Part shown: positions 29,913 through 40,126 of the stretch, in pieces | Position numbering within the stretch: the first letter of the stretch is position 1 | How the letters are laid out: every line of letters starts with the position of its first letter | Source: Candidatus Coatesbacteria bacterium | Lineage (GTDB): Bacteria; JAFGND01 | NCBI GenBank assembly: GCA_016927185.1 | Contig: JAFGND010000044.1 | Location: 1-64,000, forward strand | Direction: 5' to 3' | Length of the DNA stretch: 64,000 nucleotides | Position numbers and translations under genes: made by a program | Notes under the pieces: generated by a model | Database searches by the model: none | The model's input: the letters and a program-made list of their open reading frames with translations, nothing else | Told to the model about the DNA's origin: nothing

Positions 29913-30758
29913 TTATCCAATTTTCTGGTAAATCCTTTCTTTATTATTGATATGCCTGAATAAGGTATATGCTTCCCTGAGTAAAGTCTCACTCTTCCCA
30001 AGAATAAGATATCCATTCTGATTGAGACTTTTGTGAAAATTCCATAAGATCTTTGTCTGCAGTTCTTCATTGAAATATATCATTACATTCCTGCACATTA
30101 TAAGATCAAAGCAAATAAAATGCTTGTTTCCTGTTAAATCTGACTGGAAGAAATGAACACCTTTCTTTATATGCTGCTTTATCTGCCAGCCATAATCATG
30201 TTTTACGAAATAATTGTTAAGAAGATATTCAGAGACATTCTTCAGGGATTTGTAATTATAAACTCCCTTCTTTGCAACAGATAATACTTCCTTATCTATA
30301 TCAGTTCCGTATATTCCAATTGTCAAGGGAAGATCATTAGATTCCCTGCCTTGAGGAATATATCTTTTCATTATCTCGAAAAAAAGAATTGCAAGGGAAT
30401 ATGCTTCTTCACCACTTGCACATCCTGCACTCCATATTCTCAGTATTTTTGTTCCCTGAAGAAGCTTCTTGTTTATTATATCAGGAAAGATATCGTGTTC
30501 AATTTCCCTGTAAAGAGAAGGATCCCTGTAAAAGCTTGTAACATTGATTGTTATTGTATCAATCAATGCATTCATCTCATCTGGATTGCTTGCAAGCAAT
30601 TCATAATAGCTTTGATAATCAAGGGATCCAATCCTTCTTATTCTTGATTGAATCCTTCTCAATAGGCAAGGGAATTTGTATTTAGAAAAATCAATCCCTC
30701 TTTTTTGATGCAAGAAATCAAGTATTTTTTGAAGATATAGTTCGTTGTATTCTTGCAT
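29913..30758 (-). CDS. cheR: CheR-type protein-glutamate O-methyltransferase
   Basis: TINVTSFYRD, IWSAGCASGEEAYS, CRNVMIYF, LG.SE. Confidence 0.93.
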   Translation of the reverse strand: MQEYNELYLQKILDFLHQKRGIDFSKYKFPCLLRRIQSRIRRIGSLDYQSYYELLASNPDEMNALIDTITINVTSFYRDPSLYREIEHDIFPDIINKKLLQGTKILRIWSAGCASGEEAYSLAILFFEIMKRYIPQGRESNDLPLTIGIYGTDIDKEVLSVAKKGVYNYKSLKNVSEYLLNNYFVKHDYGWQIKQHIKKGVHFFQSDLTGNKHFICFDLIMCRNVMIYFNEELQTKILWNFHKSLNQNGYLILGKSETLLREAYTLFRHINNKERIYQKIG

Positions 30759-30790
30759 TTCATTATCCGGGGATCCATTCCGGTTATCTT

Positions 30791-31435
30791 TTATTTACTT
30801 ACTTTTTCCCAGTCTGCCTTGAAATTTGCAATTCCATTATTTGTCAGTGGATGATTTAAAAGTTTATCTATTACTGAAAACGGTATTGTGCAAATATCAG
30901 CACCAATGAGAGCTGCCTGTACAACATGAATAGGATGGCGAATACTTGCTACTATTATCTCAGTATCCATGCAATAATTATCATAGATAGTCATTATATC
31001 CTGTATCAAATTCATTCCATCATGCTGAATATCATCCAGTCTTCCCACAAATGGAGAGACAAAAGCTGCACCAGCTCTTGCTGACATCAATGCCTGTACT
31101 GGCGAGAATATTAAAGTGACATTACATAGAATTTCTTCATTTCTCAGTTTATTGACAGCTATAAGTCCCTGTTTTGTGCATGGTATCTTAATTACTATAT
31201 TATCACCTATTTCGCGAAGCTTTTCTGCCTCCTTTATCATACCTTCTGAATCATCAGATATGACTTCTGCTGATATAGGTCCATCTACAATTTTGCAAAT
31301 CTGCTTAAGAATTTCCCTGTAATCTCCCTTTTCTCTTGAAAGAAGTGTTGGATTGGTAGTGACTCCATCCAGTATACCTAATTGATGAGCAGTCTCTATC
31401 TCCTTGATGTTAGCAGTATCAATAAAAAATTTCAT
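30791..31435 (-). CDS. tal: Transaldolase / fructose-6-phosphate aldolase family
   Basis: [32 protein letters not shown]. Confidence 0.95.
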   Translation of the reverse strand: MKFFIDTANIKEIETAHQLGILDGVTTNPTLLSREKGDYREILKQICKIVDGPISAEVISDDSEGMIKEAEKLREIGDNIVIKIPCTKQGLIAVNKLRNEEILCNVTLIFSPVQALMSARAGAAFVSPFVGRLDDIQHDGMNLIQDIMTIYDNYCMDTEIIVASIRHPIHVVQAALIGADICTIPFSVIDKLLNHPLTNNGIANFKADWEKVSK

Positions 31436-31910
31436 CCTGTAACCTCCGCTTTTTATTTAGAAGCAAAGCGCGAAGTATCCATATTCAAGTCAAGAGAAAA
31501 TCATCATGCAGTGTAATCAAATGCCTTACAGTCATTTATTCAGGCAGTATGTTATTCTTAGTGCCTTGTTTCTGTATTCAGCAGATAATGCCTATTTGAA
31601 AAAGTTATAACTAACTAATTCACAATAAGAATTATATATTACTTTTTCCATAACTTCAAGAATGAAAAAAGGAAATGAAATTCAATTATATAAATAAGTG
31701 CCTATTTTCCACAATCTCATAATATATACTACTAAATTTACATTGACATAAATTAATTATCTTTATTAGTAGTTTAGCCGATGCAAATATGGATGGAATT
31801 TATAATTCATTGATAAACATTATTTTATGCAGATCAATTTTGTGACTGTTTTGGGGATAGTGAGTTTATTTCTGTGGAAAATTAACATTTAAGACAGGTT
31901 TTAGAAAATT
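31436..31910. other. Candidate replication origin (AT-rich non-coding region with DnaA-box-like sites)
   Basis: Largest intergenic gap in the window. TTTTCCACA 31705, TGTGGAAAA 31873, several weaker boxes, TACTACTA 31727. Confidence 0.5.
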
Positions 31911-32582
31911 ATGAACGAATTCAGTAACTCAGAATTGAAACGTTTTTATTTATTCATTTTCATTGTTGCTTTGCTTGTGGTAATAAGGGAGCAGGTTGTA
32001 TTATATCAATTCTGGAAATATCAAGCTGCTTCAGTATATGATATAAAGAACAAGGAAATCCAGTCAAGATACCTCATAGCAACTAACTCCTTGCTGCAGA
32101 AGGAATACAATTTAGCAAGAGAGGAATTCCTGATTATTGCTTACAGATTTCCAGGAAATGAATTCGAGAAAAGTGCAAAAAATGGAGTCAAGCTAATAGA
32201 GGAACTTACCGGTAAAGGGATTATGACTGCCATAACTACGAAATCTGACAGCACAAGGGTTGTTCCAGGAGATACAACAAAAATTGACAAAGATAATAAG
32301 CTAATAATTGAAGTGGTAAATGGTTGCGGGGATCAAGATGCAACTGACTTGATGGTAGAAGCCCTTCAGAAACAGGGTTATGATGTAAAGAGAGTAGTAA
32401 ATTCATCAGATAGTCCAAGCATGTATACAAAAGTCATAAATAATGGGAATTCAGGAAAGGAAGCTAGAAAGCTTGCCCAGGATATGAATATAAAAGGAGT
32501 TTATGATTTTGTTAATGAAGACACTGACGCCCACATAACAGTTGTAGTTGGAGCAGATTATCTCAAGAAGGATATTAAATGA
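31911..32582 (+). CDS. LytR C-terminal domain protein with TM anchor and TPR-like helix pair
   Basis: IEVVNGCG...GYDV...N...ITVVVGADY. Confidence 0.85.
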   Translation: MNEFSNSELKRFYLFIFIVALLVVIREQVVLYQFWKYQAASVYDIKNKEIQSRYLIATNSLLQKEYNLAREEFLIIAYRFPGNEFEKSAKNGVKLIEELTGKGIMTAITTKSDSTRVVPGDTTKIDKDNKLIIEVVNGCGDQDATDLMVEALQKQGYDVKRVVNSSDSPSMYTKVINNGNSGKEARKLAQDMNIKGVYDFVNEDTDAHITVVVGADYLKKDIK

Positions 32583-33115
32583 AATTCCTGGTTTCCCTGA
32601 TTTTAATCTCAATTATATTTTCATGTGCCAGGATAGATGACCAAACCAAACCAAGCAAACAGGATTATCCGGATCAGGAAATGAAGAATTTCAAGATGGA
32701 TACTCTGGATGGACAAAACAAGAAGTGGATATTGAGGGCAAAATATGCTAGCAAATACTTTGGGCAGCAACTTATAAAAGCTAAGGATGTTAATATTGAG
32801 TTTTACAATAAAAAAGGAGAGCATTACGCAACCCTTACCTCTGATGAGGGACTTATAAATGAGAATACAAATGATATGCAAGCTATTGGTAATGTTGTAG
32901 TTACAACAACAAAAAAAGAGATATTGAAAACTCCAATCCTTACCTGGTCAAACAGGAAAGCCAAGATTCATAGCAATGACAGGATCTGGTTGAAAAAGGG
33001 TAATACTATTACAACCGGAATAGGCTTTGAAACTGATCCTGATCTGAAGGATGTAATTATATTCAAGGATTTCAGAAGTACGACAACAGAGAGTATAAAT
33101 GAAAAAGAACTTTAG
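32579..33115 (+). CDS. lptC: LPS export protein LptC
   Basis: KKW.L.A..A, FY...G...L.S..G, GNVVV, L.W, G.GFE.D. Upstream of lptA/B. Confidence 0.88.
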   Translation: MKFLVSLILISIIFSCARIDDQTKPSKQDYPDQEMKNFKMDTLDGQNKKWILRAKYASKYFGQQLIKAKDVNIEFYNKKGEHYATLTSDEGLINENTNDMQAIGNVVVTTTKKEILKTPILTWSNRKAKIHSNDRIWLKKGNTITTGIGFETDPDLKDVIIFKDFRSTTTESINEKEL

Positions 33116-34406
33116 TTTGTTTCTCGTGTTTCTGCCCTTGATTGTTTTTGCTGCCAGAAATGATGAACTGAGTGATATCGGAGGAGGAGGGAAAGAACCA
33201 TATACTGTTGACGGAGACAGATTTGAAAGCAAGCTTCTTGAAGATGGACAGAGAGTTACATATCTAACTGGCAACTGCAGGCTTGTGCATGGAGATTTAA
33301 CCATAAGATGCGACAAGACAACTCTTTACAAGGAGAGAAATCTTGCTTATCTTGATGGAAATGTAGTTATAACCCAGAAAGGAATGAGGGCAACTGCAAA
33401 GAAAGGTGTCTATCAGCGTGCTATTAACAGACTATATCTTGAAGGAAATGCTCATATAGTTGATGGTGATAATGACTTGAAAGCCGAAAAAGTTACCTAT
33501 TACAGGATAAAGAAACAGGCAGTTTGTGAAAAGAACGTAATAATAGTTAACAAAAAGCATCAAACAACTATTACTGGAGAATATGCATTATGGGACAGAA
33601 ATGAAGAAAGCGGATTTATAACTGAGAATCCTAAAATGGTTATAATTCATGAAAAAGTAACTTATACTTTATATGCCCAGAAACTTGAGATTTACAATAA
33701 AGAGAACAAGGCAGTTGCTGTCCAGGATGTAAGAATGATATCCAAGGATATAAATGCCCTTTGTGGAGTTGGTACTTTCTACAGAAATCAAGGCAGGATT
33801 GTAATGCTTGGCGAGCCTGTGCTGTTCAAGGATAACAGGAAGATATATGGTGATGAAATAGTCATGTATATAGAAGATCAGGAAGTCAATGAGGTGATTG
33901 TAATTGGAAATGCAAAAGCAGAGGATAAGGTGAAAACAAGTCTTGGAACAAAAATCAACTGGGTCAGCGGAGACAAGATAATAATAAATCTGGGAGATGA
34001 TGGAATAGAACAAGTTAATGTCATCGGGAATGCCAAAAGCGTTTATTTCTATGAGGATGAAGAAGAAAAGTCTGGAGTTGGCAAGAACGAGATGACTGGA
34101 GATGTAATTACACTATACTGGGAAAAGAATACAAGAACCTCTTCTGTAAAGAAAAGAAAGAGCGATGAAAGTGATACAAGGTTGACTAAAATTGTTGTTA
34201 ATGGACAAGTTCAGGGCACTTATTGGACACCATCCCGGAGAAAGGAAATGACAATAGATGAAACTGCAGAGAAAGCAAAGATTGACGAAAAAACAAGGGA
34301 AGGAACAGTAGAGAAAACTGACAAGAGTGATATTGAAGAGAAAAAGGAATCTCCTGAAAAAATAAAGGAAAATGAAAAAGATGACAGAGGAAACTCAGGG
34401 AAGTAA
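33099..34406 (+). CDS. lptA: LptA/OstA-like beta-jellyroll protein (multi-repeat)
   Basis: Repeated L.GN..I..OstA units. Position between lptC and lptB. Confidence 0.8.
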   Translation: MKKNFSLFLVFLPLIVFAARNDELSDIGGGGKEPYTVDGDRFESKLLEDGQRVTYLTGNCRLVHGDLTIRCDKTTLYKERNLAYLDGNVVITQKGMRATAKKGVYQRAINRLYLEGNAHIVDGDNDLKAEKVTYYRIKKQAVCEKNVIIVNKKHQTTITGEYALWDRNEESGFITENPKMVIIHEKVTYTLYAQKLEIYNKENKAVAVQDVRMISKDINALCGVGTFYRNQGRIVMLGEPVLFKDNRKIYGDEIVMYIEDQEVNEVIVIGNAKAEDKVKTSLGTKINWVSGDKIIINLGDDGIEQVNVIGNAKSVYFYEDEEEKSGVGKNEMTGDVITLYWEKNTRTSSVKKRKSDESDTRLTKIVVNGQVQGTYWTPSRRKEMTIDETAEKAKIDEKTREGTVEKTDKSDIEEKKESPEKIKENEKDDRGNSGK

Positions 34407-35142
34407 CAAGAAAAGTATTGTCCTGGTTGGTAAGGGACTTGAAAAGATATACAGGAAAAGAAAGGTAGTCAAGGGTGTTGATATTGAAATAAATCAGGGA
34501 GAAATTGTGGGATTGCTGGGACCAAATGGTGCTGGAAAAACCACAACTTTCCATATGATTGTGGGAATGATTAAACCCTATGCAGGAAATGTTTACCTTG
34601 GAGAGAGAAGACTCACTAAACTCCCTATGCACAAGAGAGCAAGGCTGGGAATTTCATATCTTCCACAGGAAGCCAGCATTTTCAGGAAATTGACTGTAGA
34701 GCAGAATATAATGGCAGTAATAGAAGTTCTTCCCAAATTCAGCAGGAAAATGAGGCATGAAAAACTTGAAGAACTTCTTAATGACCTTAAAATTGCTCAT
34801 ATTAGAAAAAACAAGGGATTTGCTCTTTCTGGCGGGGAGAGAAGAAGGGTAGAAATAGCCAGATCCCTTGTGATACAACCTTATTTCCTGCTTCTTGATG
34901 AACCTTTTGCTGGAATTGATCCTATTGCAGTAGGACAGATTCAGGAAATAATTCGTGAATTAAGGGAGAAAAAGGGAATAGGAATACTAATAACGGATCA
35001 TAATGTAAGAGAAACCCTGAATATAACAGACAGGGCTTATATAATGTTTGACGGGAAAATACTTATTTCAGGAACATCTGAAAAACTGGCAAATGACCCT
35101 AAAGCCAAGGAAATATATTTAGGAGAGAGTTTCAGACTATAG
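34372..35142 (+). CDS. lptB: LPS export ABC ATPase LptB
   Basis: [49 protein letters not shown]. Confidence 0.97.
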   Translation: MKKMTEETQGSNKKSIVLVGKGLEKIYRKRKVVKGVDIEINQGEIVGLLGPNGAGKTTTFHMIVGMIKPYAGNVYLGERRLTKLPMHKRARLGISYLPQEASIFRKLTVEQNIMAVIEVLPKFSRKMRHEKLEELLNDLKIAHIRKNKGFALSGGERRRVEIARSLVIQPYFLLLDEPFAGIDPIAVGQIQEIIRELREKKGIGILITDHNVRETLNITDRAYIMFDGKILISGTSEKLANDPKAKEIYLGESFRL

Positions 35143-35152
35143 AGGAGGACTT

Positions 35153-35794
35153 ATGTCTACTATTAATTATTCTGCAAAAGAGATAAGATGCAAGGTTGTT
35201 TATTATGGACCTGGGCTTGGTGGCAAAACAACAAATGTACAGGCCATTTACAAGATGCTGCAACCTCATGAAAGAGGGGAGCTTGTTTCACTCTCTGCAA
35301 AGGGATTTTCTACAGGTACTGAGGATGAGGCAAGAAAAACAAGATTATTTGATTTCATGCCACTCAGGGTAGGTGTAATGCAGGGATTCAAGGTAATAAT
35401 GCATATGTATACAGTACCAGGAGAAGCTTATCATATAGATACCAGAAGATTCATCCTCAGGGGAGTTGACGGGGTGGTTTTTGTTGTTGACTCTCAGGGA
35501 GACAGGCTTGAAGCGAACATAGTAAGCAAAGAGAACTTGTATGAAAACCTGTCTTATTACAGAATTGACAAGAAGTTCTTCCCATTAGTCCTGCAATATA
35601 ACAAACGGGACCTGAAAAACATCTCACCAATTCCAGAACTTAACAAGGTATTGAATACAGAACATCACCCATTTTACACTTCTATCGCAGTTGAAGGAAT
35701 TGGAGTACTGGAAACACTTCAGAGAATAACCGAGATGGTTCTTGTGAAGATTTATAATGATCTTGAAGGAGAAACAGGAGGAAATATAAAATGA
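35153..35794 (+). CDS. mglA: MglA-family small GTPase (variant)
   Basis: INY...I.CKVVYYGPGLGGKTTN, YTVPG, GVDGVVFV.DSQ, QYNKRDL. Confidence 0.92.
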   Translation: MSTINYSAKEIRCKVVYYGPGLGGKTTNVQAIYKMLQPHERGELVSLSAKGFSTGTEDEARKTRLFDFMPLRVGVMQGFKVIMHMYTVPGEAYHIDTRRFILRGVDGVVFVVDSQGDRLEANIVSKENLYENLSYYRIDKKFFPLVLQYNKRDLKNISPIPELNKVLNTEHHPFYTSIAVEGIGVLETLQRITEMVLVKIYNDLEGETGGNIK

Positions 35795-36228
35795 TAATTC
35801 ATATAGCTTCAGATCATGCAGCTTTATCATTGAAACTGGAGATAATAAGGTTTTTAAAGGATAAGGGAATTGAGGTTGTGGATCACGGACCTGAAGCGAG
35901 TTGCAGTGTTGATTATCCAGATTATGCTGAAAAGCTCTGCAGGGAATTGTTGAACGATAATTCATGCAGGGGAATTCTTCTATGCGGTTCAGGGCTGGGG
36001 ATGTCTATTGCAGCAAATCGCTACAGGGGAATAAGGGCAGCTCTATGTCATGATGTCACTCTTGCAAGGCTTAGCAGGGAACATAATGACAGTAATGTGC
36101 TTGTTCTTGGAGGAAGAATGACTGGAACAGATCTTGCACTGGAAATTGTGAATGTATGGCTTGAAACCAAATTCTCTGAAATAGACAGACACTCAAGAAG
36201 AATTCAGAAACTAGATAAAATTAAGTGA
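35791..36228 (+). CDS. rpiB: Ribose-5-phosphate isomerase B
   Basis: ASDHA, DYPD, CGSGLGMSIAAN, REHND.NVL, RH.RR. Confidence 0.96.
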   Translation: MIIHIASDHAALSLKLEIIRFLKDKGIEVVDHGPEASCSVDYPDYAEKLCRELLNDNSCRGILLCGSGLGMSIAANRYRGIRAALCHDVTLARLSREHNDSNVLVLGGRMTGTDLALEIVNVWLETKFSEIDRHSRRIQKLDKIK

Positions 36229-36833
36229 AAGGAAACATTGTGAATATATTGGAAAAACTTAACACTCCAATTTTTTCTGCAGAAGGAATTCCTTCAAAAC
36301 TTGATTATGATAATTACAAGCTAAGAATTGATGGATTGGTTGAAAATGAGTTGATACTTTCATTTGAAGATATCAAGGCAATGTCTTTTAAAACCTATAA
36401 CAAGAGGCTGACTTCAGTTAGCGGATTTACAGTCAGGGCAAAATGGACTGGAGTTCCACTTGATGATTTGTTGAAGAAGGCAGGCTTGAAAAGCAATGCA
36501 AAGTATTTGCTTTCTACTTCTGCTGGAGGATATACTTCATGTGTTCCATTATCGGAGGTCACTGAGAATAAAGTTTGCCTTGTTTGTTATCTGGTTGATA
36601 ATGAACTTCTCGGTCCCAAATATGGAGGTCCTGTAAGATTATTCATTCCTCATCTCTGGGGATACAAGTCAACCAAGTATCTTGTAATGCTGAGTCTTAT
36701 AGAGAAATACATCAAGGGTTACTGGGAAAGCAGAGGCTATACAGATTCTGCAGAAATAGAACCAGGAATGACTTATGATGTAAATAGTGGAAAAAGAAAG
36801 CAGATCAAGGGAGGTGAAGTAACAGAATTCTAA
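36225..36833 (+). CDS. Molybdopterin-dependent oxidoreductase (sulfite oxidase/MsrP-like core)
   Basis: L.IDGLVE, WTGVPL, GGPVRL.IPHLWGYKS.K, GYWE.RGY. Confidence 0.88.
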   Translation: MKGNIVNILEKLNTPIFSAEGIPSKLDYDNYKLRIDGLVENELILSFEDIKAMSFKTYNKRLTSVSGFTVRAKWTGVPLDDLLKKAGLKSNAKYLLSTSAGGYTSCVPLSEVTENKVCLVCYLVDNELLGPKYGGPVRLFIPHLWGYKSTKYLVMLSLIEKYIKGYWESRGYTDSAEIEPGMTYDVNSGKRKQIKGGEVTEF

Positions 36834-36863
36834 CAGATTTTTGTTGTTCAGAATTGTTTAAAG

Positions 36864-37685
36864 ATGGCTCAATTATTGCTTAAAACAGAAGAGGATATTG
36901 AAAGAATTGCTGAAGCAGGAAGTATAGCTGCTGAGTGCCTTATCTACCTCTCCAGAAAATTGAAACCCGGTATAAATACGCTGCAGATAGATAGATGGGC
37001 AGGAGAGTTTATAAATGATAACGGAGGGATATCTGCTTCCAAAGGTTATCATGGTTATCCAGCTGAAATATGCATATCGCCCAACAATGTAATAGTCCAT
37101 GGTATACCAAGCAAGAAAATAATATTAAAGGATGGAGATATACTTTCTCTCGATATTGCCGTGAAAAAGAATGGCTTTATAGGAGATACTGCTGCAACTT
37201 ATCCAGTCGGGGAAGTGAATGATGATGTAAAGCAGCTTCTGGAAGTAACTGAGAAATCAATTTACAAGGCTCTTTCTATATGTACAATCGGAAGCAAGAT
37301 TGCTGAAATTGGCAAGATAATTGAGGAATATGTAAATCCATATGGCTTTGGTATTGTAAGAGATTATGCAGGGCATGGTGTCGGATATTTCATGCATGAA
37401 AAACCTAATGTTCCTAATTATGATGCTACCAGGGAACTTGGTTACAGGCTTGGAACCTGGACTAAGGGAAATAGCGATATAATGATACCTATGCAGACAG
37501 GAATGGTATTCACAATTGAACCTATGATTAATCAAGGTACATACAGAACAAGAACATTGACAGATGGATGGACAGTAGTAACAAGTGACGGAAAATTATC
37601 CGCTCATTTCGAACATACATTGACTGTTTCTGAAAAAGGGGTAAGACTTCTCACTTTGACAAAAGAAGAAAAATCTTTCAGATAA
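36864..37685 (+). CDS. map: Methionine aminopeptidase type I
   Basis: CIS.N..IVHGIP, GD.A.T, GHGVG..MHE.P, TIEPMIN, SAHFEHT. Confidence 0.97.
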   Translation: MAQLLLKTEEDIERIAEAGSIAAECLIYLSRKLKPGINTLQIDRWAGEFINDNGGISASKGYHGYPAEICISPNNVIVHGIPSKKIILKDGDILSLDIAVKKNGFIGDTAATYPVGEVNDDVKQLLEVTEKSIYKALSICTIGSKIAEIGKIIEEYVNPYGFGIVRDYAGHGVGYFMHEKPNVPNYDATRELGYRLGTWTKGNSDIMIPMQTGMVFTIEPMINQGTYRTRTLTDGWTVVTSDGKLSAHFEHTLTVSEKGVRLLTLTKEEKSFR

Positions 37686-38741
37686 TTAGTAGTCAACAAG
37701 ACCCTGCACAAGAATGGCCATAAATGAGGCTAAAGCTGCAAGATAATAAAATGACCTTGTTTTCATGAAATCACTATAGAATTTTCTTGATATCCAGAAT
37801 ACAAGAAAGGAAAAGACTAATAAACCAATTATTCCTAAATCAGCAAGTATATGCAGGTAAATATTGTGCGGATACCATGCATATAGTTCGGCACCTTCTG
37901 GCTTGAACCATTTATAAACATCAGGAAAAGTTCCAGCCCCGTAGCCTGTTAAAGGTCTTAAAGAAATTGCTTTTATAGCAGCTTGCCACAAGAAAAGTCT
38001 CTTTGTATTGCTTGAAGAATCAGTTGTGAAAATAGAGAAAATCTTTGCTTCAAGCAATGGTACAGTAAGCGCAATAACAAGAAGCAGTATAACAGATGCA
38101 AATAGGATATATTTAAGATATTTGTTGTTTCTGTAAAACAGGAAGAAAAAGATTATTGAACCTGCAAATCCAAGCCATGCCCCTCTTGAAAATGTTAATA
38201 CCAGACCAGTTATTCCTGACAGAAGAGCGATTGCATAAAACACGAATCTGAAACCTTTCTCTTCCCTGACACCTGCTATAATGAAAGGAAGCACGAAGAT
38301 CATGAACATTCCAAGGGAATTAGGTCTGTAAAGAGTTGCTCTTGCCCTGATTCCGTAAATGAAAAACTGGAATATACTCAGTATGCAGAAGATAATGACA
38401 AGAAATGATGTAATATCAAGAAGCAGTATTCTCTTTGGTTTATATACATTCCAGATATTCTCTGTTACAAGACCTGCAAGTATAATGGATAAGGAAATTA
38501 TAAGGCTATTCTTTATATTGAATGAAAACGGTGTAAGAATGAGTGATAGTGCTCCAAGCATTGATATTGCTTGTGGATATGGATTGTTTTCAGGAAATAT
38601 AGAGTCAGGTAGATTTGCAAGGAAACCTGCAAGGATAAAAATTATAGAATATATATATGAAAATGGAAATAATCCCAGTATAATCAAACCTAAAGAAACA
38701 GATGAAATTGAAAAATATACTCTCAGTTTTTCAATATTCAT
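37686..38741 (-). CDS. O-antigen ligase / O-oligosaccharyltransferase (Wzy_C) family protein
   Basis: PNSLG, LTFSRGAW, R...W, P.TG.G.G.F, PHNIYL..L...GIIG. Confidence 0.88.
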   Translation of the reverse strand: MNIEKLRVYFSISSVSLGLIILGLFPFSYIYSIIFILAGFLANLPDSIFPENNPYPQAISMLGALSLILTPFSFNIKNSLIISLSIILAGLVTENIWNVYKPKRILLLDITSFLVIIFCILSIFQFFIYGIRARATLYRPNSLGMFMIFVLPFIIAGVREEKGFRFVFYAIALLSGITGLVLTFSRGAWLGFAGSIIFFFLFYRNNKYLKYILFASVILLLVIALTVPLLEAKIFSIFTTDSSSNTKRLFLWQAAIKAISLRPLTGYGAGTFPDVYKWFKPEGAELYAWYPHNIYLHILADLGIIGLLVFSFLVFWISRKFYSDFMKTRSFYYLAALASFMAILVQGLVDY

Positions 38742-40126
38742 TGAGTAAGATAACCCATTTTCACAAGAGATGATCTTAATGATTTCACATCAATGGATTT
38801 TGCAAGAGCTTCTTCATTGCTTATCTCCTTTTTCTTTATGAGATCAAGCAGAAAATCATTGAGCAGTATCATTCCGTTTTCACTTGCTGCTTGCATTGCA
38901 GATGGTATCTGATATGATTTCTTCTCTTTCAATAGATTTGAAATAGCTTTGTTTATTACAAGAACTTCATATGCTGATATTTTCTGGTTGCTTGTTGATT
39001 TAAGAAGGATTTTTGTAACAACTCCCAGAAGGTTTTCTGCTATCATTATTCTTATGATATCTTTTTTCTCTTCAGGAAAGAGCTCAATAATCCTTTCTAT
39101 TGTCATGTAAGATGAAGCAGACATGAAAGTTGCAAGAACAAGGCATCCATTTTCAGCAAGCTCAAGAGCTGCAAGTATATGTTCAGGATCATTCAGCTCG
39201 CTAATATATATAATATCAGGATCTTCTCTCAAGGTGGATTTCAATGCCTGCTTGAAAGAGATGCTATGTTCACCAATCTCTCTCTGATTTACAATAGATT
39301 TCCTGGATGTGATTATGTATTCAATAGGATCTTCCAGAGTTATTATATGTTTTGAAGAAGAATTATTTATATGTTCAATCAAAGAAGCTACCAGAGTTGA
39401 TTTCCCGCTTCCTTTTGTTCCAGTAAAGAGTATCAAGCCTTTGGGTGAATTAATCAGTTTCTTGACTGATTCTGGAATATTCAACTCGTCAGGGGTCTTG
39501 ATTTTATTCGGAATTATCCTCATCACGGCAGCAGGACCTGTTTTATCTGTAAACAGGTTTATCCTGAATCTGCATTTGTTTTCATAAGAAAATGCAAAAT
39601 CGCAGTCCTTATTCTTCCTGAATACATCCTTGAATCTCAGTGGAGTGATAGTATTTATTAAATCCTCCATCAATGTTATATTTATGTCATCAAAATCATC
39701 AAGAGGCTTTAGCTCACCATCTATTCTCAATATGGGTTTCTGGTTTGTTGTCAAATGCAGATCACTCGCACCAGTACTTAATGCAGAATCAAAAAGCTGA
39801 TTTATGATAGGAGATTTTTCAGGAGGAATTTGTGATGAAGCTGGAACAGGTTTTATCTCTAATTCCAGTCTGTTAGTCTCTCCCCGCAAATTAATGGTAA
39901 TTGGAGGTCTTCCCTGTGGATGATACTGGATTTCCTGGGTAATATCGGTAACAGTAAGACCTATTGCTTCTTTGAGAATTGCATTAAGCTCATTGGTTTC
40001 CTTGGCTTTATTTGAAAGAGATCTTTCTTTGCCGTCTTTTTGAAGAACTATTCCTGATTGACCAATTATCAGTGCATCAGCCTGGTAATTGAAAAGATAC
40101 ATGCAGATCTTGTCTAAACGTTTCAT
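38738..40126 (-). CDS. PilT/PilU-family ATPase with degenerate motifs
   Basis: ASDLHL, RIDGEL, RFRIN.F, GSGKST, ITLEDPIE, NQREIG, LREDPD. Confidence 0.88.
   Translation of the reverse strand: MKRLDKICMYLFNYQADALIIGQSGIVLQKDGKERSLSNKAKETNELNAILKEAIGLTVTDITQEIQYHPQGRPPITINLRGETNRLELEIKPVPASSQIPPEKSPIINQLFDSALSTGASDLHLTTNQKPILRIDGELKPLDDFDDINITLMEDLINTITPLRFKDVFRKNKDCDFAFSYENKCRFRINLFTDKTGPAAVMRIIPNKIKTPDELNIPESVKKLINSPKGLILFTGTKGSGKSTLVASLIEHINNSSSKHIITLEDPIEYIITSRKSIVNQREIGEHSISFKQALKSTLREDPDIIYISELNDPEHILAALELAENGCLVLATFMSASSYMTIERIIELFPEEKKDIIRIMIAENLLGVVTKILLKSTSNQKISAYEVLVINKAISNLLKEKKSYQIPSAMQAASENGMILLNDFLLDLIKKKEISNEEALAKSIDVKSLRSSLVKMGYLTQ

Noticed and set aside
29903-30070. N-terminal extension of the 1461-aa ORF (similar extensions for groES, proS, the propeller lipoprotein, lptE and 48404)
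   Set aside because: The extensions overlap neighbouring genes or promoters. Downstream ATGs fit the domain starts or RBSs better
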